Shown: positions 57,690 to 64,000 of the stretch, piece by piece
Layout of the letters: each line of letters starts with the position of its first letter
How positions within the stretch are numbered: the first letter of the stretch is position 1
Source of the DNA: a virus
Taxonomy: Duplodnaviria > Heunggongvirae > Uroviricota > Caudoviricetes
DNA: 64,000 bases
Strand: one strand, 5' to 3'
Virus record (IMG/VR): IMGVR_UViG_3300028653_000011
Notes under the pieces: generated by a model
What the model saw: only the letters and a program-made list of their open reading frames with translations
What the model was told of the DNA's origin: nothing
Databases searched by the model: none
Made by a program: the position numbers and the translations under genes

Positions 57690-60600
57690 GTGACTGCGAA
57701 CGTCGTCGTTGACACAGTGAGCATCAACTACCCGATCATGTCGGGTGCAGTGCAGATCACGGGTTCCGTCTCTCTCAATCCCGCACCCATCATCACTGCG
57801 AATACGGCGACGACGGGCACCTTGGGCCTTGCCGTCGGCAACGCGCCCTACGCACCGCTCTTCGTCACGGGTTCTGTTTCCCTAAATCCAGCGCCAGTCA
57901 TCACTGCGAATACGGCGACGACGGGCACGGCCGGCCTGGCGGTGGGCAATGCACCCTATCAACCCATCTACGTCAGCGTCACCAGTTCGCTGCCTGTCAC
58001 CGGGTCAGTCTTTGTCATCAATCCCACGACTGTCACGGTGCCGCAACCCCTGCAAGTCTGGAGTGAGGGAGCGGTAGGCATCAGCGGTTCGGTGTCAATT
58101 CTCGGTCAGGTCGGCGTCGACAACTTCCCAGCGACGCAGAACGTCAGTGGCTCGGTCACCGTGGGTGGCTATGCAGTCGGGGTGACCGGGTCGACCTACA
58201 TCACCACGACGGGCTCTCTTCCTGTCGCTGTCGTCGGTACAGTCCCTGTCTCCGTCGCTGGTACCATCAACGTTGCCCAACAAGGGCAGATCGGCGTTGA
58301 CAATTTCCCGGCGGTGCAAGCCGTCAGTGGTTCCGTCGCCCTGACCAATTGGCCGGTGACGATCGGTATTTCCGGCTCTGCACCCCTCCAAGTGTGGTCA
58401 GAGGGCAACTTGGGGGTCTCGGGCTCCGTCTCAGTGTTGGGCCAGGTCGGCGTCTACAACTTCCCGGCCACGCAGAACGTCTCGGGTACCGTCACTGTCG
58501 GGGGTTATGCCACCGGCGTTACCGGGTCGACCTACATCACCACGACGGGCTCTCTTCCCGTCGCCGTGGTGGGCACTGTTCCTGTTTCTGTCGCCGGCAC
58601 CGTCAATGTCTCTCAACAAGGTCAGATCGGTGTTGACAACTTCCCGGCCACCCAGAATGTGTCGGGGACGGTGCAGGTTTGGTCTGCAGGCAACATCGGG
58701 GTATCAGGTTCTGTTTCAATCCTCGGTCAGGTCGGCGTCTACAACTTCCCAGCCACCCAGAACGTCAGCGGCACTGTCACTGTGGGTGGTTACTCTGTCG
58801 GCGTAACGGGGTCGACATACATCACCACGACTGGCTCTCTCCCCGTTACTGTCGTTGGGACAGTGCCGGTCAGCCTTACTTCACAGGTCCAAGTCAGCAA
58901 CTTCCCGGCGACACAGGCAGTGTCGGGTGCGGTGGCACTGACGAATTGGCCATTGACGATCGCCGTCAGCGGTTCGCAGCTCACGGGTTCAACTTTCGCG
59001 GGTTCTCCTGTCGTCGCCGGCGGCGTCTACTTTGGTTCTGGCAACATCGGTTCGCTGCCGACCTATGTCAAGGCACTGCAGACCGACATCAGTGGCGCTC
59101 AATACATCACCACGACGGGTTCGTTGCCAGTCGCCGTGGTGGGCACTGTCCCGGTGTCACTGGCCTCTCAAGTCCAAGTCAGCAACTTCCCGGCGACCCA
59201 AAACGTCAGCGGGTCGATCACCGTCGGGGGCTACGGCGTCGGCGTCACCGGCTCTACCTATGTGACGACAACGGGCTCACTTGCGGTCGCGCCCGGCGAC
59301 GGTGCTCAGTTCTCGGTCACGAACACTGCAGTTGCTCCTTTGTGGATCACTGGGTCGGTCAATATCTCGGGTGCGGCGTTCGTCCTCACCGCGTCAGTCT
59401 CTTCATCGATCAACATCGGGGCTGCGGTCGCGATCTCTAACTGGCCAGCCATTATTGGCGTCACTGCGTCGGCACCCATCCAAGTCTGGAGTGAGGGTAA
59501 CGTCGGCGTGTCAGGATCGGTGTCGATCCTTGGGCAAGTGGGAGTTGACAACTTCCCAGCAACGCAGAATGTCTCGGGTTCGGTTGCACTGACCAACTGG
59601 CCCGCAACGATCGGAGTGTCGGGATCACAGCTCAGTGGCTCTACGTTCTCGGGCTTTCCTGTCGTCGCCGGCGGCGTCTACTTTGGCTCGGGCAACGTGG
59701 GCTCTCTACCAGTCTACGTCAAGGCGCTACAGACTGACATCTCGGGTGCCCAGTACATCACTACGACGGGTTCTCTGCCTGTCGCTGTCGTTGGTACCGT
59801 CCCGGTGTCGCTGGCATCTCAAGTCCAAGTCAGCAACTTCCCGGCCACACAGAACGTCTCAGGCACCGTCACCGTCACCACATCGGGTCCGCTTCAGATC
59901 TGGAGCGAAGGTGCAGTCGGCGTCACGGGGTCAGTGGCCCTCAGTAACTGGCCGGCGACGATCGGTATCTCAGGTTCTGCGCCAATTCAAGTGTGGTCGG
60001 AGGGCAACGTCGGGATCTCTGGCTCCGTCTCAGTATTGGGTCAGGTCGGCGTCTATAACTTCCCAGCGACTCAAGCGGTCTCTGGCACTGTCACTGTGGG
60101 TGGCTATTCTGTCGGGGTGACGGGTTCCACCTACATCACGACGACGGGTTCTCTCCCTGTCGCCGTGGTGGGTACGGTTCCAGTCTCCATTGCAGGTACC
60201 GTCAACACTTCGCAACAGGGTCAGATTCAGGTCAGTAACTTCCCAGCCACGCAAAACGTTAGCGGTACTGTCACTGTCACCACATCGGGCCCGCTGCAAG
60301 TCTGGAGCGAAGGGGCTACGGGGATCACCGGTTCCGTCGCTTTGACGAACTGGCCATTGACGATCGCCGTCAGCGGTTCACAGCTCACGGGCTCGACCTT
60401 TGCGGGGTCACCCCTCGTCGCCGGCGGCGTCTATTACGGCTCGGGCAACATCGGTTCACTACCGACCTACGTCAAAGCAATTCAGACCGACATCTCGGGT
60501 GCAGTCTACATCACTTCGACAGGATCTTTTCCCGTCGCTGTGGTGGGTACTGTCCCAGTTTCGTTGGCATCACAGGTCCAAGTCTCCAACTTCCCGGCGA

Positions 60601-63600
60601 CGCAGAACGTGTCGGGAACTGTCACCGTCACCACTACTGGCCCAATCCAAGTCTGGAGTGAAGGGGCCACAGGCGTCACCGGTTCGGTTGCTTTGACCAA
60701 CTGGCCAGCGACAATAGGAGTGTCAGGCTCCGTCTCTGTCCTCGGCCAGATCGGTGTCGACAACTTTCCAGCGACACAGAACGTTAGCGGCACAGTCACT
60801 GTCGGCGGTTACTCTGTTGGGGTCACCGGGTCTACATACATCACGACGACAGGTTCCCTTCCCGTCGCTGTCGTCGGCACCGTTCCTGTCTCGATCGCAG
60901 GCACTGTCAATACTTCGCAACAAGGGCAGATCCAGGTCAGCAATTTCCCGGCGACACAAGCCATCAGCGGTACCGTCGCTCTGTCGAACTGGCCGGCTGT
61001 CATCGGGGTGTCGGGTTCGCAGCTCACCGGCTCGACTTTTGCGGGTTCTCCTGTCGTCGCCGGCGGCGTTTACTTCGGTTCTGGCAACATTGGCTCTCTT
61101 CCGGTCTACGTCAAAGCGTTGCAGACTGACATCTCGGGTGCCCAGTACATTACCACGACGGGCTCTCTTCCAGTCGCCGTCGTCGGCACTGTCCCAGTTT
61201 CTCTGGCGTCGCAAGTCCAAGTCAGCAACTTCCCGGCGACACAGAACGTCAGCGGCACTGTCACTGTTACGACGACAGGCCCGCTACAGGTGTGGTCAGA
61301 GGGCAACGTCGGCGTCTCAGGCTCCGTCTCTGTCCTCGGCCAGATCGGCGTCTACAACTTCCCGGCAACGCAGAATGTCAGCGGTTCGATCACTGTCGGT
61401 GGCTATGGCGTCGGTGTCACAGGATCTACCTACATCACCACGACGGGCTCTCTCCCTGTTGCTGTCGTCGGTACAGTCCCAGTCTCCATTGCGGGAACCG
61501 TCAACACTTCGCAGCAAGGGCAGATCCAAGTCAGCAACTTCCCGGCAACTCAAAACGTGTCGGGGACTGTCACCGTCACCACGACTGGCCCACTTCAAGT
61601 CTGGAGTGAGGGAGCGGTAGGCGTCACTGGCTCCGTCGCTCTAACGAATTGGCCTGCAACGCTCGGCATCTCAGCATCTGCACCCATCCAAGTCTGGAGC
61701 GAGGGCAACGTCGGGGTCTCGGGCTCCGTCTCGGTGTTGGGTCAAGTCGGCGTCTACAACTTCCCTGCCACTCAGAACGTCTCAGGTTCAATCACGGTGG
61801 GTGGTTACGGTGTTGGGGTCACCGGTTCGACCTACATCACCACGACAGGTTCTTTGGCCGTCGCTCCCGGTGATGGTGCTACCTTCCCAGTGTCGATTGC
61901 ATCGACTGTCAACGTTGCGCAACAAGGCCAGATTCAAGTCTCCAATTTCCCAGCGACGCAGAATGTCAGCGGTTCGATCACCGTCGGTGCGTGGGGTACC
62001 AACGTCACTGGCTCGATCACCGGCTCTGTCTTCGTCATCAATTCTCAACCAGTAACGTTCCCAGCCATCTTGCAGGTCTGGAGCGAAGGGGCTACGGGGG
62101 TCACGGGTTCGGTTGCTCTGACCAACTGGCCCGCAACGCTGGGTGTCTCGGGTTCGCAGCTAACTGGCTCGACTTTTGCGGGTTCTCCCGTCGTCGTGGG
62201 AGGTGCCTATTACGGCTCGGGCAACATCGGTTCGCTGCCGACCTACGTCAAGGCAATTCAGACTGACATCTCGGGTGCAGTCTACGTCACTGCATCGGGT
62301 TCTCTGCCCGTCACTTTTGGAGCACTGCCTCAACTGCAGATCTCCAACTTCCCGGCGACACAGAACGTCAGCGGGACCGTGGCGATCACCACGACTGGCC
62401 CGATCCAAGTCTGGAGTGAGGGCGCGACGGGGGTGACGGGATCAGTTGCACTGACCAACTGGCCTGCAACTATCGGTGTGTCGGGTTCTGTGGCCATCAC
62501 AAACCAGGTCGGCGTCTACAACTTCCCGGCGACACAGAACGTCTCGGGTACCGTCACTGTCGGCGGTTACTCTGTCGGTGTCACCGGGTCGACCTACATT
62601 ACTTCAACGGGTTCGCTCCCAGTTGCTGTTGTCGGCACTGTCCCAGTCTCGATTGCCGGCACTGTCAACACTTCGCAGCAAGGGCAGATCCAAGTCAGCA
62701 ACTTCCCGGCAACTCAGGCAGTGTCGGGCACCGTCGCTCTATCAAATTGGCCCGCCGTCATCGGGGTGTCGGGTTCACAACTTACAGGCTCAACCTTCGC
62801 GGGTTCTCCCGTCGTCGCTGGTGGTGTCTACTTCGGTTCTGGTAACATCGGCTCTCTTCCGGTTTACGTCAAGGCGATCGAAACTGACATCTCAGGTGCT
62901 GTCTACATCACTTCGACAGGATCTCTCCCCGTCGCCGTGGTGGGTACTGTCCCAGTGTCGTTGGCCTCTCAAGTTCAAGTCTCCAATTTTCCAGCGACGC
63001 AGAACGTGTCGGGGACTGTCACCGTCACCACGACGGGTCCACTACAAGTTTGGAGCGAAGGTGCAGTCGGCGTAACGGGGTCAGTGGCCCTCTCAAATTG
63101 GCCGGCGACGATCGGTATTTCCGGCTCTGCTCCCCTTCAAGTGTGGTCGGAGGGCAACGTCGGGGTCTCGGGTTCCGTCTCGGTGCTGGGCCAGATCGGC
63201 GTCTACAACTTCCCGGCAACGCAGAACGTCAGCGGGTCGATCACCGTTGGTGGTTACGGCGTCGGCATCACGGGTTCGACTTACATCACGTCGACCGGGT
63301 CACTGCCCGTAGCCGTCGTGGGCACTGTTCCCGTCAGCATTGCGGGTACCGTCAACACCTCACAACAGGGGCAGATCCAAGTCTCCAACTTCCCGGCAAC
63401 CCAAAACGTGTCGGGGACTGTCACCGTCACCACGACGGGTCCTCTGCAAGTGTGGTCAGAAGGTGCAGTCGGTGTCACCGGTTCCGTCGCCCTGACGAAC
63501 TGGCCCGCGACGGTGGGTGTCTCGGGCTCTGTCTCCGTCACTAACCAAGTCGGTGTCTACAACTTCCCGGCCACACAGAACGTGACGGGTTCGGTTGCGC

Positions 63601-64000
63601 TCAGCAATTGGCCAGCGACATTGGGCATCAGCGGCTCGCAGTTGACCGGGTCGACCTTCGCGGGCTCTCCCGTCGTTGCTGGTGGTGTTTACTTCGGCTC
63701 GGGCAACATTGGTTCGCTGCCCGTCTATGTCAAGGCACTGCAGACTGACATCTCAGGCGCGCAGTACATTACCACGACGGGCTCTCTCCCGGTCGCCGTG
63801 GTGGGCACCGTTCCTGTTTCTCTGGCATCTCAAGTCCAAGTCAGCAACTTTCCGGCGACCCAAAACGTCAGCGGTACTGTCACTGTCACCACGACTGGTC
63901 CATTGCAGGTTTGGAGCGAAGGTGCAGTCGGCGTCACTGGCAGCGTTGCACTGACGAACTGGCCCGCAACAGTGGGCGTGTCGGGCTCCGTCTCGGTGCT
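57690..64000 (+). CDS. Giant modular-repeat protein (>2100 aa, partial), probable virion fibre
   Basis: GAGGT SD and GTG at 57690; the same frame reads as repeat sequence at both ends (MTANVVVD...NWPATVGVSGSVSV); recurrent NFPATQNVSG, QVWSEG, ALTNWPAT, YITTTGSLPVAVVGTVPVS. Confidence 0.88.
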   Translation, partial: MTANVVVDTVSINYPIMSGAVQITGSVSLNPAPIITANTATTGTLGLAVGNAPYAPLFVTGSVSLNPAPVITANTATTGTAGLAVGNAPYQPIYVSVTSSLPVTGSVFVINPTTVTVPQPLQVWSEGAVGISGSVSILGQVGVDNFPATQNVSGSVTVGGYAVGVTGSTYITTTGSLPVAVVGTVPVSVAGTINVAQQGQIGVDNFPAVQAVSGSVALTNWPVTIGISGSAPLQVWSEGNLGVSGSVSVLGQVGVYNFPATQNVSGTVTVGGYATGVTGSTYITTTGSLPVAVVGTVPVSVAGTVNVSQQGQIGVDNFPATQNVSGTVQVWSAGNIGVSGSVSILGQVGVYNFPATQNVSGTVTVGGYSVGVTGSTYITTTGSLPVTVVGTVPVSLTSQVQVSNFPATQAVSGAVALTNWPLTIAVSGSQLTGSTFAGSPVVAGGVYFGSGNIGSLPTYVKALQTDISGAQYITTTGSLPVAVVGTVPVSLASQVQVSNFPATQNVSGSITVGGYGVGVTGSTYVTTTGSLAVAPGDGAQFSVTNTAVAPLWITGSVNISGAAFVLTASVSSSINIGAAVAISNWPAIIGVTASAPIQVWSEGNVGVSGSVSILGQVGVDNFPATQNVSGSVALTNWPATIGVSGSQLSGSTFSGFPVVAGGVYFGSGNVGSLPVYVKALQTDISGAQYITTTGSLPVAVVGTVPVSLASQVQVSNFPATQNVSGTVTVTTSGPLQIWSEGAVGVTGSVALSNWPATIGISGSAPIQVWSEGNVGISGSVSVLGQVGVYNFPATQAVSGTVTVGGYSVGVTGSTYITTTGSLPVAVVGTVPVSIAGTVNTSQQGQIQVSNFPATQNVSGTVTVTTSGPLQVWSEGATGITGSVALTNWPLTIAVSGSQLTGSTFAGSPLVAGGVYYGSGNIGSLPTYVKAIQTDISGAVYITSTGSFPVAVVGTVPVSLASQVQVSNFPATQNVSGTVTVTTTGPIQVWSEGATGVTGSVALTNWPATIGVSGSVSVLGQIGVDNFPATQNVSGTVTVGGYSVGVTGSTYITTTGSLPVAVVGTVPVSIAGTVNTSQQGQIQVSNFPATQAISGTVALSNWPAVIGVSGSQLTGSTFAGSPVVAGGVYFGSGNIGSLPVYVKALQTDISGAQYITTTGSLPVAVVGTVPVSLASQVQVSNFPATQNVSGTVTVTTTGPLQVWSEGNVGVSGSVSVLGQIGVYNFPATQNVSGSITVGGYGVGVTGSTYITTTGSLPVAVVGTVPVSIAGTVNTSQQGQIQVSNFPATQNVSGTVTVTTTGPLQVWSEGAVGVTGSVALTNWPATLGISASAPIQVWSEGNVGVSGSVSVLGQVGVYNFPATQNVSGSITVGGYGVGVTGSTYITTTGSLAVAPGDGATFPVSIASTVNVAQQGQIQVSNFPATQNVSGSITVGAWGTNVTGSITGSVFVINSQPVTFPAILQVWSEGATGVTGSVALTNWPATLGVSGSQLTGSTFAGSPVVVGGAYYGSGNIGSLPTYVKAIQTDISGAVYVTASGSLPVTFGALPQLQISNFPATQNVSGTVAITTTGPIQVWSEGATGVTGSVALTNWPATIGVSGSVAITNQVGVYNFPATQNVSGTVTVGGYSVGVTGSTYITSTGSLPVAVVGTVPVSIAGTVNTSQQGQIQVSNFPATQAVSGTVALSNWPAVIGVSGSQLTGSTFAGSPVVAGGVYFGSGNIGSLPVYVKAIETDISGAVYITSTGSLPVAVVGTVPVSLASQVQVSNFPATQNVSGTVTVTTTGPLQVWSEGAVGVTGSVALSNWPATIGISGSAPLQVWSEGNVGVSGSVSVLGQIGVYNFPATQNVSGSITVGGYGVGITGSTYITSTGSLPVAVVGTVPVSIAGTVNTSQQGQIQVSNFPATQNVSGTVTVTTTGPLQVWSEGAVGVTGSVALTNWPATVGVSGSVSVTNQVGVYNFPATQNVTGSVALSNWPATLGISGSQLTGSTFAGSPVVAGGVYFGSGNIGSLPVYVKALQTDISGAQYITTTGSLPVAVVGTVPVSLASQVQVSNFPATQNVSGTVTVTTTGPLQVWSEGAVGVTGSVALTNWPATVGVSGSVSV

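Noticed and set aside
58095-63954. Many short ORFs on both strands in the ORF track
   Set aside because: Shadows of the repetitive frame starting at 57690, which was omitted only because it has no stop in the window
57690-64000. CRISPR array or diversity-generating retroelement
   Set aside because: Repeats are in-frame coding modules that vary mainly at synonymous sites, with no unique spacers, no adenine-specific variation and no reverse transcriptase or cas gene in the window
1-64000. Stop-codon reassignment, as in some jumbo phages
   Set aside because: Genes are intact and densely packed in code 11, and TAA, TGA and TAG all end genes at sensible boundaries

Overview
The window is a 64-kb segment of a large (probably jumbo) T4-like tailed phage genome in the standard genetic code, not a bacterial chromosome. 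It carries a head and packaging module (large terminase with a LAGLIDADG intein, gp20-like portal with an HNH intein, gp21-like prohead protease, scaffold, gp23-like major capsid protein) and a block of large virion or baseplate-like genes (13.4-29.5 kb). DNA-metabolism genes include a DinG/XPD helicase, primase, RuvC, a gp4/TnsA-like nuclease and a split Mre11 plus Rad50. There are four free-standing homing-endonuclease-like genes. Host-like auxiliary genes include a tmRNA, ClpP, peptide deformylase, a degenerate GroEL, PIN-PhoH, an Hc1-like protein, a two-domain glycosyltransferase and two methyltransferases. A gene of more than 2100 codons built from shuffled repeat modules starts at 57690, runs off the window end and is absent from the ORF track. 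The main signals worth following up are: a shared L-[KR]-x-x-[IV]-x-E leader on unrelated cargo proteins, including a kinase-like one; a TANTTA late-promoter motif; widespread leaderless genes; an Mre11 fractured inside its nuclease fold with charge-complementary ends; an apparent ATC start codon behind a homing endonuclease; and a 20-bp element repeated after two virion genes. All assignments come from motif recognition by eye; no database searches were run.
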